A model generated the notes under the pieces. That model did no database searches, was not told where the DNA came from, and was given only the letters and a program-made list of their open reading frames with translations. Below, piece after piece: positions 9,268-16,758 of a DNA stretch of 36,017 nucleotides. Source of the stretch: an uncultured virus (IMG/VR IMGVR_UViG_3300046030_000062) (Duplodnaviria; Heunggongvirae; Uroviricota; Caudoviricetes); IMG/VR virus record IMGVR_UViG_3300046030_000062. The stretch is one strand, 5' to 3'. The first letter of the stretch is position 1. Each line of letters begins with the position of its first letter. The translations under genes and the position numbers were made by a program.

Positions 9268-9995
9268 GCCTGCACCTCCTCGCTGTTCTTGGTATTCTTT
9301 TCAGGAGCGCCGTTTTTCCAGCTTGAGTTGCCGGAGAGGTTCTGCAGGAGAATCTTGCGTTCCTTCTTGTATTCGCTGCCGATGAATCCCAGGCGGAGCA
9401 GGAAGCAGCGGAATGCGTACTTCTCATTCGTCACCGGCGTTTCCGTGGAGCTTGCCCGCTTCAGTTCCTTCGAGAGCTTGCAGAGCAGGGAAATGAACTC
9501 GGTGTAGGCTTTGACCTCGTCCGGCTCCGGCAGTTCCGGAAACCATGGGAATGCGATGCGGCCCTCTTTGATTTCAAACCGCAGGTCGTCTATGCCGAGC
9601 GCCTTCTTGATGAGCGTTCCCTTGGCTTCGAGGATGTTGGTCAGCGTTCCGACCGCGACCTTGTCGAGCGGAAGCTCAACTGTCAGGCCCATCTCCTCGG
9701 TTTCCGGCGCTTCCTCGGCGTCTTCCTCCGACTCGGCTGCGGCTTCCGGTTCCGTGGGTTCCTGCGGCTCGGGCTCGAATCCTGCGGCTGCGATGGCTTC
9801 GAGAACCTTCTCGACCTCCTCGCTGTCCGCCATGTCGTCGAACTCGAGCGCGCCGTCCTTGGTGACGGTGAAGAAGCCGATCTCGTAGTTGCAGGTCGGC
9901 ATGAATTTGTATTCCGCCCTGGCTCCGGTGGTGTCGGAGATGACCTTCACCAGTTCTTTTCTCTTTGCTCCGGTTACGTTGTAGTTGATTCGCAT
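9264..9995 (-). CDS. Conserved phage protein usually annotated 'virulence-related protein' (function unknown)
   Basis: MRINYNVTG.KRKELV...FPWF...NEKYAFRCFLLRLGFIG.EYK..RKILL.NLSG; AAGGAGG RBS before ATG 9995. Confidence 0.8.
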   Translation of the reverse strand: MRINYNVTGAKRKELVKVISDTTGARAEYKFMPTCNYEIGFFTVTKDGALEFDDMADSEEVEKVLEAIAAAGFEPEPQEPTEPEAAAESEEDAEEAPETEEMGLTVELPLDKVAVGTLTNILEAKGTLIKKALGIDDLRFEIKEGRIAFPWFPELPEPDEVKAYTEFISLLCKLSKELKRASSTETPVTNEKYAFRCFLLRLGFIGSEYKKERKILLQNLSGNSSWKNGAPEKNTKNSEEVQA

Positions 9996-10037
9996 TGTGT
10001 TAACCTCCTTGGTATGCGTCTGTCCTAAGGCCATGTG

Positions 10038-10083
10038 CCTTTCGGCATGTATATACATCACTCTGAAGGCCTGTAATAGCAAG
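10038..10083 (-). promoter_or_regulatory. Repeated bipartite promoter-like motif, copy A2
   Basis: Matches 8767-8812 with identical spacing. Confidence 0.7.
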
Positions 10084-10158
10084 CGAATCTTCGAGATTTA
10101 TCCGGTAGAAAATAAGCCGATTATCAGGGCATGAAACTGTGCTTAGTACACAAAGGAA

Positions 10159-10773
10159 TCAGACTTCGTCGACTCTCCAGAAATCAAAAAATGCGCTACT
10201 CTGAGATAACTCCTCAAAGCGCGCACATCTATCTGCAACATTGTTTTTAATCCATTCTGGGGTTCTCCCGACATCGTTATAACGGCCATATTGCCCGAAC
10301 ATACAGAGCATTCCGACATTCCTTGCCATGACGGCATCTTCGAAGGTGTCGTAATAGCCCAGATGAATCTCATGCTGATTGACTTTGATCCTTGCACGGA
10401 ACTAGTGCCGCGAAGGATAATAGCTGACTCCGCTTACTCCAGATGTGTTGTTTTTCTGGAGCGGTTGATTCATCTGATTCTGTTGGTGGGTGCAATATCG
10501 GATGTTGCATCTGCGATTATCGAGCGTATCAAGATTGATGTGATCAATTTCAAATCCATCTCTATGTTCGAACAAGTAATCGTGGAGAGCGCGTCCGTTG
10601 CAGTCAATTACGTAGAAACCGGAAGAGTGTGGTCCTTTGCTTCCTATATAGAAATTGATGCCATTGATTGCTGCAAGCATGTCTGCGTCGAGGACAAAGA
10701 CTTCGCCGCTGGGCAATTCGCCATAAGCTGTAGTTCCATCATCCGAGAAGTTGTATTTCACATTACTCATCAA
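10159..10773 (-). pseudogene. HNH endonuclease with AP2 DNA-binding domain, interrupted by an in-frame TAG at 10402-10404
   Basis: IDHIN.DTLDNRRCNIRYCT..QN (HNH), NNTSGVSGVSY, then stop, then FRARIKVNQHEIHLGYYDTFEDAVMARN (AP2) in the same frame to TGA 10159. Confidence 0.85.
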
Positions 10774-12025
10774 CAGCCTCCATCATTTCAAGCGCCTGTT
10801 CGTATGTGTATTCCTTCCCGTCACGGACGAGCTTCACATCGCTTGAATCTTCATTATGTGAATGCAGGTAACGGACGACGGCTACATCTACATATTTGGG
10901 TTCAAGCTCCACGCCATAGCATATGCGTCCGATCTGGTCGCAGGCGATGAGCGTTGAGGCGGAGCCGAGGAACCCGTCAAGCACGAGTCCGTTTGTCGCG
11001 GTGCTCTGTTCGATGAGGTAGGCGATGAGCGGCACGGGCTTGCTGGAAGGGTGTCCGAAGCCGTCCTCTTTGGAGTTCTTCACGCCGTCGAATTCGAATA
11101 CGGCTTTCTGCTTCTGGTCGCCGTACCATTTGTGCTTGCCGTCCTTGCGCCAGCCGAAGATGATCGGCTCCATGTTGAACTTCCAGTCGGTGCGCATGAG
11201 CGGAGCGCGCGGCTTCTTCCAGATGAGTCCGGCTCCGACCTTGAATCCGGCGTCCTCGAAGGCGTCGTAGAACACGCGCGCCTGCATGGTCGCATAGAAC
11301 TCGTAAATCGAAGCGTCGTCCGCCATAGCGTTCTTGAAATTAGAGAAACATTTCATCAGGAAGTCATAAGCCTGCGTTCCCTTGAGGTCGTCGTTGGCAA
11401 TCTTCCCGGACGCATTCTCCAGGTTGACGAAGTACGGCGCGTCGGTGCAGACGAGGTTGACCTTCTTGTCGCCGAGCAGCTTCGCGAATGTTTCCGGGTC
11501 GGTGGAGTCTCCGCAGACGACCGTATGCTTCCCGATATGCCAGAGGTCGCCGGGTTTTGAGAAGCACGGCTTTTCCAGTTCCGCATCAACATCGAAATCG
11601 TCCTCCTCAGCCTCTGTATCGCTGCCGAGCAGCTTCTCCAGCTCCTTGTCGTCGAAACCGAGCAGGGAGAGGTCGAACGCGTTCTCTTGCAGGTCAGCTA
11701 ATTCGACGGACAGCATTTCCTCGTCCCATCCGGCGTTCAGCGCGAGCTGGTTGTCGGCGAGTATGTAGGCGCGTTTCTGCGCGTCGGTCAGATCCTCGGC
11801 GAATACGCAAGGGACGGTCTTGTACCCTTCCTCTCGTGCAGCAGCAATCCGTCCGTGGCCGACGAGGATGTTGTAATCCTGATCGATGACCGCAGGGCTT
11901 ACGAATCCGAACTCCCGGAGGGAGGAGCGGAGCTGCGCGATCTGTTCTTTACTATGTGTCCGGGCGTTCCGGGCATATGGCACCAGATTGTCAATCGGTA
12001 CCTGTTCAAGTCTTTGTGTGTTCAT
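10763..12025 (-). CDS. ParB-like N-terminal domain plus N6-adenine/N4-cytosine DNA methyltransferase (beta order)
   Basis: PYARNARTHS...LVGHGR...ADN (ParBc); motif IV variant TDAPY; HPSSKP; motif I variant LDGFLGSAST. Confidence 0.88.
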   Translation of the reverse strand: MNTQRLEQVPIDNLVPYARNARTHSKEQIAQLRSSLREFGFVSPAVIDQDYNILVGHGRIAAAREEGYKTVPCVFAEDLTDAQKRAYILADNQLALNAGWDEEMLSVELADLQENAFDLSLLGFDDKELEKLLGSDTEAEEDDFDVDAELEKPCFSKPGDLWHIGKHTVVCGDSTDPETFAKLLGDKKVNLVCTDAPYFVNLENASGKIANDDLKGTQAYDFLMKCFSNFKNAMADDASIYEFYATMQARVFYDAFEDAGFKVGAGLIWKKPRAPLMRTDWKFNMEPIIFGWRKDGKHKWYGDQKQKAVFEFDGVKNSKEDGFGHPSSKPVPLIAYLIEQSTATNGLVLDGFLGSASTLIACDQIGRICYGVELEPKYVDVAVVRYLHSHNEDSSDVKLVRDGKEYTYEQALEMMEAVDE

Positions 12026-12577
12026 TTACATTCCCTTTCTGGCACGAAGCAGTCTCTCCATCACGTCGTCCTGCGGATTCGCGCCGCCATACTCGGTGGA
12101 GCAGTTCTCCTTCACGATCTGGAAGATCTCGTCCCACAGGCGGTTCGCCTGATTCATGTAGTTGATGCCGATATTGATGAACGGCGACGGGATCGGCTTT
12201 CCGGTCGTCGGATGCTTGCTCAAATATCCGAGCTTGGTCGTCATTTCCTCGCACTGAATCCATCTCGCGGAGCACATCGCATACCGTTCCAGCAGCTGCG
12301 GTGATACGGCTTTTGCGACGCCGAGCTTGTCGAGCCATTCCCAAGTCTCGCGGTAGATGTCGGCGGCCTCCAGAGTGGAGCCGTCATGCTGCCGAGCCGA
12401 GAGGAACTCGTGCGGTTCCGGCATGTCCTCGCCCTCGGTGTCTGGGATGTCGAGCACTTCGAGCTTTCGTCCGCCCGGATTCCCGTTTTCGTATTTCTCC
12501 TTGACGGCGGTTTTCTTCCGGCCAGCGCCGGGACGTCTGCCGCCGCGACCGCCAGTGTTATTCGATTTTGTAGGCAT
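12026..12577 (-). CDS. terS: Terminase small subunit (P27 family)
   Basis: RGGRRPGAGRK...NPGGR N-terminus, KHPTTGKPIPSPF; follows HNH; start reassigned to MPTKSNN at 12577. Confidence 0.85.
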   Translation of the reverse strand: MPTKSNNTGGRGGRRPGAGRKKTAVKEKYENGNPGGRKLEVLDIPDTEGEDMPEPHEFLSARQHDGSTLEAADIYRETWEWLDKLGVAKAVSPQLLERYAMCSARWIQCEEMTTKLGYLSKHPTTGKPIPSPFINIGINYMNQANRLWDEIFQIVKENCSTEYGGANPQDDVMERLLRARKGM

Positions 12578-12713
12578 TTCGTCACCGCCTTTCTCGCATG
12601 TACGCGCGTAATAGATAAGGAGCCGGGTTATTACCCGTTTGATTTCGCTTTTTTCGTACAGAAAGCCCCGCGCCGTTTTCCGTGAGGCCGCCTCGTAGAG
12701 ATTCCGACCGCCC

Positions 12714-13067
12714 CTACCGGTCGCCGCGTTCGCGGTGGATCTTCTCATGGCAGCTCCTGCAGAGGCTCATGAGGTTGCTCTCGTCGTTCGTCCCGCCTTC
12801 CGACAGGGGAACGATGTGGTGGACTTCCTCGACCGCAACGTAGCGTCCCTGCTTCAAGCACATCTCGCAGAGCGGATGCTTGTGGACGTAGCGGTCGCGG
12901 ATGCGTTTCCAATGCCTGCCGTATCGTTTGCCGGTCGAGTAGCCGCGCGTGAACGTCTCGTAGTGCTTCTCCATCAGAGCCTTGTGCTCCGGGCAGTACT
13001 GTTCGCCGTCCTCGCAGAGGTTCGGGCATCCGGGATAGCGGCAGGGCCGCTTCGGTTTCATTGGCAT
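12714..13067 (-). CDS. Packaging-associated HNH endonuclease (HK97 gp74-like)
   Basis: CRYPGCP, HPLCEMC, EVHHIVPLSEGGT...NLMSLCRSCH; directly upstream of terS. Confidence 0.92.
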   Translation of the reverse strand: MPMKPKRPCRYPGCPNLCEDGEQYCPEHKALMEKHYETFTRGYSTGKRYGRHWKRIRDRYVHKHPLCEMCLKQGRYVAVEEVHHIVPLSEGGTNDESNLMSLCRSCHEKIHRERGDR

Positions 13068-13091
13068 GGCCTGCCGCCTCCCTTCGGGCAT

Positions 13092-13125
13092 AAGAAAAGC
13101 CCTGCGGGCATGGTGCTCGCAAGGC
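13092..13125 (-). terminator. Terminator-like hairpin in the late leader
   Basis: GCCTTGCGAGCA-CCA-TGCCCGCAGGGC followed by TTTTCTT. Confidence 0.6.
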
Positions 13126-13151
13126 TTCTGGTTCTTCTTATGGTTTTCGCT

Positions 13152-13213
13152 ATTGTAAGGATAACACAGAAGGCGTCTGCCATTCTGTGCCAAAGTGTGC
13201 CAAACCGTGCCAA
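13152..13213 (-). promoter_or_regulatory. Putative late promoter with three TTGGCAC direct repeats (10-bp period) and an extended -10-like element
   Basis: GTGCCAA at 13187, 13197, 13207, degenerate copy at 13177; TGTTATCCTTACAAT downstream on minus strand; immediately after the RinA-like gene. Confidence 0.7.
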
Positions 13214-13218
13214 CTTTT

Positions 13219-13632
13219 CTAATCCGGCATCGTGAAGTTCTGAAGCGCCGATCCGTGAATGCGGTGAACCGTTCGGAGGCTGACGTTCAGCATGGTGGCG
13301 ATCTCCTCCCACGTGCAGTTGTCGATGTACCGGTAGCGGAGAACCAGCTGCTCCTCGGGATCAGCCAGCAGGTCGATCCGCGCGTTGATCTCGTCCCGCA
13401 GCGTAATGAGCTGCGCCACCTTCTTCTCCACGTCGGCCTGTATCTCGTCGATCTTGTGGAGGCATGTGACGAAGTGCGCGTCGCTTGGCGTGTTCGGATT
13501 CCTCGGCATACCGTCGTAGCGCATGCCGCTGACGCTGGTGGACATTTCCCTCCAGTAGTCGATTTCCCGGAGCCGCGCGTGGATCAGCGCATCCAGGTGC
13601 TTGGCCTGATTCAGATATTGCTTCGGAGTCAT
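13219..13632 (-). CDS. RinA/ArpU-like late transcriptional regulator (sigma-70 region 4 HTH)
   Basis: MTPKQYL.Q...VLRYRYI...WEEIA..LNVS.RTVHRIH..AL; position before HNH-terS. Confidence 0.85.
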   Translation of the reverse strand: MTPKQYLNQAKHLDALIHARLREIDYWREMSTSVSGMRYDGMPRNPNTPSDAHFVTCLHKIDEIQADVEKKVAQLITLRDEINARIDLLADPEEQLVLRYRYIDNCTWEEIATMLNVSLRTVHRIHGSALQNFTMPD

Positions 13633-13850
13633 CTCATCACCTCCTCGTTGAGCTTTTTTATCAGCATCTCGCCGTCAACCGTCGTCAGCGCCTGATACCA
13701 CTGGGACCGGAAGAACCGTTCGACGGATTCCTTCTCCGTTTGCGCGGCCTTGTTCCGCGGGTTCATGCGCAGGGCCTTCAGTGCTGTCCGGTAGTCGCGG
13801 ACAGCCTGCAGGATGACGGCGTTGGCGAGATTCTCGTAGGGGTCGTTCAT
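13629..13850 (-). CDS. Conserved hypothetical phage protein
   Basis: DPYENLANAVILQAVRDYR...FFRSQWY..LT.VDG; ATGA-coupled on both sides. Confidence 0.8.
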   Translation of the reverse strand: MNDPYENLANAVILQAVRDYRTALKALRMNPRNKAAQTEKESVERFFRSQWYQALTTVDGEMLIKKLNEEVMR

Positions 13851-15199
13851 CGCATCACCGCCTTCACCGCAGCGATAAGCGCTGACTGCGTCTTGTCCTT
13901 GCGTTTCAAGGCGTTGAGGATCTGCCCGTCAATGGTGCTCGCAGTGACGATGTGCTGGATGACGACGGTCCGGCTTTTCTGGCCTTGCCGCCAGAGCCTT
14001 GCGTTCGTCTGCTGGTAGAGCTCCAATGACCACGTGAGGCCGAACCAGACAAGCGTCGATCCGCCGGACTGCAGGTTGAGCCCGTGACCGGCGGAGGCCG
14101 GGTGGATGACTGCTACAGGAATATTGCCCGCATTCCAGTCATCGATGTCCTGCGACGACTTGATCTCCCGGACGTCGAACCGTCTGCGGATTCTCTCCAG
14201 ATCGTGCCGGAACCAGTAGGCGACAAGCAGCGGCTTCCCGTTCGCGGCCTCGATGATGTCCTCCAAGGCGTCGAGCTTCCGGTCATGGAATTCGATGATC
14301 TTCCCGTCGTCGGAGTAGATCGCGCCGTTTGCAAGCTGAGAGAGCTTCCCGGTAAGCGTTGCCGCGTTCGCTGCGGTGATCTCGTCGCCGTGAAGTTCCA
14401 GCACCAGATCGTTCTTCAGCTCCTCGTACCGTTTGCGCTCCTCGGCGGACAGCTGCACCTCGTACTGCGTGGAGATGAGCTCCGGCATCTTCAGATGATC
14501 GGTCGACTTCATGGAAATCGTGATATCCGAGATTTTCCGGTAGATCGCGTCCTCTGCATACGGCAGCGGCTTGTAGGAGTAGATGATCTCGCCGTTGCGC
14601 TTGTCGGGCATGAAGTAGGCCGTCCGGTACTGGGTGATGAAGCGTCCGAGACGTTCTCCCTTGTCCAGCACCTTGAACTCCGCCCACAGATCCATCAATC
14701 CGTTGCTTGATGGCGTGCCGGTGAGGCCGATGATCCGCTTCACCTTGGGCCTGACCTTCATCAGGGCGCGGAACCGCTTTGACTTGTGGTTCTTGAAGGA
14801 GGAGAGCTCGTCCAATACCACCATGTCGTAGGTGAAGGGAATGCCGGAGTCGTCGATCAGCCATCCAAGGTTCTCCCGGTTGATGATCGTAATATCCGCC
14901 TGTTGCATGAGTGCCGCCTTGCGTTCCCGTGCGGTTCCGACTGCAACGGCGTAGGTGAGACCGGAGAGGTGCTCCCATTTCCTGATTTCAGCGGGCCAGG
15001 TGTCGCGGGCCACTCGAAGAGGCGCGACTACGAGAATCCGGCTGACCTCGAAGCTGTCAAACAGAAGGTCGACGGCAGCAGTCAGCGTGATGATGGTTTT
15101 CCCAAGACCGCAATCAAGGAAGATGGCAGCTGTGTTGTGAGTCTCGATATAGGAGACGCAGTATTTCTGGTAGGAATGAAGGTCACTTAGTTTTTGCAT
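13847..15199 (-). CDS. SNF2-family helicase
   Basis: DCGLGKT, VLDELS, LTGTP, AGHGLNLQ, QTNARLWRQGQ motifs. Confidence 0.93.
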   Translation of the reverse strand: MQKLSDLHSYQKYCVSYIETHNTAAIFLDCGLGKTIITLTAAVDLLFDSFEVSRILVVAPLRVARDTWPAEIRKWEHLSGLTYAVAVGTARERKAALMQQADITIINRENLGWLIDDSGIPFTYDMVVLDELSSFKNHKSKRFRALMKVRPKVKRIIGLTGTPSSNGLMDLWAEFKVLDKGERLGRFITQYRTAYFMPDKRNGEIIYSYKPLPYAEDAIYRKISDITISMKSTDHLKMPELISTQYEVQLSAEERKRYEELKNDLVLELHGDEITAANAATLTGKLSQLANGAIYSDDGKIIEFHDRKLDALEDIIEAANGKPLLVAYWFRHDLERIRRRFDVREIKSSQDIDDWNAGNIPVAVIHPASAGHGLNLQSGGSTLVWFGLTWSLELYQQTNARLWRQGQKSRTVVIQHIVTASTIDGQILNALKRKDKTQSALIAAVKAVMR

Positions 15200-15695
15200 T
15201 TTCTTCGGCCTCCATTTCTTTTATCTGCTTGATGAACCATCTCAATTCGCTGTGGTGGTGAGCGTGTGCACTTTGCGACGGAAAAACGACCAGATTCTCG
15301 GGAGAATTGTTGTATCGGTTTCCGTCACGATGGTGTACGACTTCTCCGGGCATCAATGACCTTCCAAGCATCTGTTCAGCTACGACGCGATGTGCGGCGA
15401 GTCCATGGATTTTGGAATAACCGTCGCATCTGCCTTTTCCGAGGCGGGATTCTCTGAGTTTCTCCTTGGTCTCAGGCGTCATACGATCCGGGTTGAGTTC
15501 CTCGTTTAGCTTTGTTATGTGCTGGCTTATGTTAGTGAAGTCCTTGAGGCTGGCATAGCCGTCTGGGTTCTTCGCTTTGCTGCTGAAATCCGCGAGGCAT
15601 TGTCTGCTGCAGAAGTGGTGCTTCTTGCCTTTAAGCTGGGCTGAATCTCGGAAGAATTCACGTCCGCACCAATCACAGACTATTTTCAATTTCAT
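15183..15695 (-). CDS. Free-standing HNH (homing-type) endonuclease with N-terminal Cys cluster
   Basis: CDWCG...FCSRQC; HRVVAE..LGR.L.PGEVVHHRDGNRYNNSPENL. Confidence 0.85.
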   Translation of the reverse strand: MKLKIVCDWCGREFFRDSAQLKGKKHHFCSRQCLADFSSKAKNPDGYASLKDFTNISQHITKLNEELNPDRMTPETKEKLRESRLGKGRCDGYSKIHGLAAHRVVAEQMLGRSLMPGEVVHHRDGNRYNNSPENLVVFPSQSAHAHHHSELRWFIKQIKEMEAEENAKTK

Positions 15696-15960
15696 CTATC
15701 ACACCTCCGATCTGTTCTGGATTGTCGATGACATAGACGCGGAATCCGAGTTTCCGCAGGAGTCGGTGCCGTGCATATTGCAGTCTTCTTGGCTTCTTTC
15801 CGGGTGCCTTGAGCTCTGCGAAGGCGATGCGTGCGCCGGGCAGCAGGATGATCCGGTCCGGCATCCCGTCGAAGCCGGGTGAGACGAACTTCGGCGCGAT
15901 GCCGCCGCGGCGCTTCACCTCGCTGGCGAGTTTCTGCTCGATCTGCTTTTCACTTCTCAT
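15673..15960 (-). CDS. VRR-NUC domain nuclease
   Basis: MRSEKQIEQKL...KFVSPG.DGMPDRI...FAELKAPG; start at 15960 with GGAGG RBS. Confidence 0.9.
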   Translation of the reverse strand: MRSEKQIEQKLASEVKRRGGIAPKFVSPGFDGMPDRIILLPGARIAFAELKAPGKKPRRLQYARHRLLRKLGFRVYVIDNPEQIGGVIDEIENSL

Positions 15961-16514
15961 GGTTTCGCCTCCGGAACCGGGTCGGCCAGGTTGAATGCGG
16001 CGTAGGCTGCGGAGAGGAAGTCGGTGATCGGCTTTCCCTTGTATGTCCAGACGCACTGGCCGTTGTATTTGACGCCGAGGCGCTCCGGGTTGTGGCGGCT
16101 GCGCCCGATGAGGATCTGCTCTCCGTGGTAGGTGAGACTCCAGCCGTTTGTCGTCCTTGTCCATTTGCGTTTCGGGAAGCTGCGTTTCCGCTTGGAGCGG
16201 TTTCTCATCAGCCGTTCGCGGTCCTTGGCGGCGAGGATGTCGCCTTCCATGATTCCGGCGCAGATGCAGCCGACGGATACATCCTCGAAGTAGTCCGGGT
16301 GCGTCATGACGTGAACGTAGCGGACCTTGGTGCAGCCGCACAGCTCGCATGCGTGGAGCGGTGCGTTCCAGTCGTCATCACGTACGTCGTAGATCTCCTT
16401 GCATGTCCATCCGGAGAACGGTGCTCCCCAGCTGCGTAGTGTCTTCTGGCAGCGGGCGAGATAGCTTTTGTCCTTTAGGCCGTCAATGCCTAAGACTTGT
16501 CCTGAATTGTTCAT
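15957..16514 (-). CDS. Hypothetical protein with putative Zn-binding motif
   Basis: CELCG...RYVH.M.H...VGCICA; GGAGG RBS; ATGA overlap with VRR-NUC. Confidence 0.7.
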   Translation of the reverse strand: MNNSGQVLGIDGLKDKSYLARCQKTLRSWGAPFSGWTCKEIYDVRDDDWNAPLHACELCGCTKVRYVHVMTHPDYFEDVSVGCICAGIMEGDILAAKDRERLMRNRSKRKRSFPKRKWTRTTNGWSLTYHGEQILIGRSRHNPERLGVKYNGQCVWTYKGKPITDFLSAAYAAFNLADPVPEAKP

Positions 16515-16551
16515 GGTGTTAAAACCTCCGTGCTTTCAACGTTTTTGAGGC

Positions 16552-16737
16552 TTTGTCCCTTTTGTCGCTTTTGTCCCTCTATCCGTATTTCCATATGGTT
16601 TTGTAGAAGAATTGATAATAAATAAATAAGTCTTTTTTGCTTTTTATAGGGGTTCGGACAAAAGGGACAAAACCCTGAAAGCCGCATGGATGCTGATGTT
16701 TTCGTGTCCCTGAACCTGTCCTGAAGGTCAGGACAGG
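16552..16737. repeat. Candidate phage replication origin: inverted iteron sets around an AT-rich core, plus a palindrome
   Basis: 3x TTTGTC(C/G)CT at 16552-16578; two inverted copies at 16654-16671; AT-rich spacer; CCTGTCCTGA/TCAGGACAGG at 16715-16737; directly after primase gene. Confidence 0.7.
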
Positions 16738-16758
16738 CATAGGACGAAATGACAAAAC

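Noticed and set aside
10143..10397. 84-aa minus-strand ORF in the track
   Set aside because: Wrong frame; the AP2 domain continues in the frame of 10402-10773
10402..10404. Possible TAG recoding (alternative genetic code) of the phage
   Set aside because: Only one internal TAG seen; other genes read normally in code 11 and the HNH gene at 12714 uses TAG as a real stop
12578..12748. N-terminal extensions in the ORF track (terS, and similarly capsid, VRR-NUC, DUF4406, DUF2800, sigma-like gene)
   Set aside because: Longest-ORF artefacts; RBS position and family N-termini support the downstream starts used here
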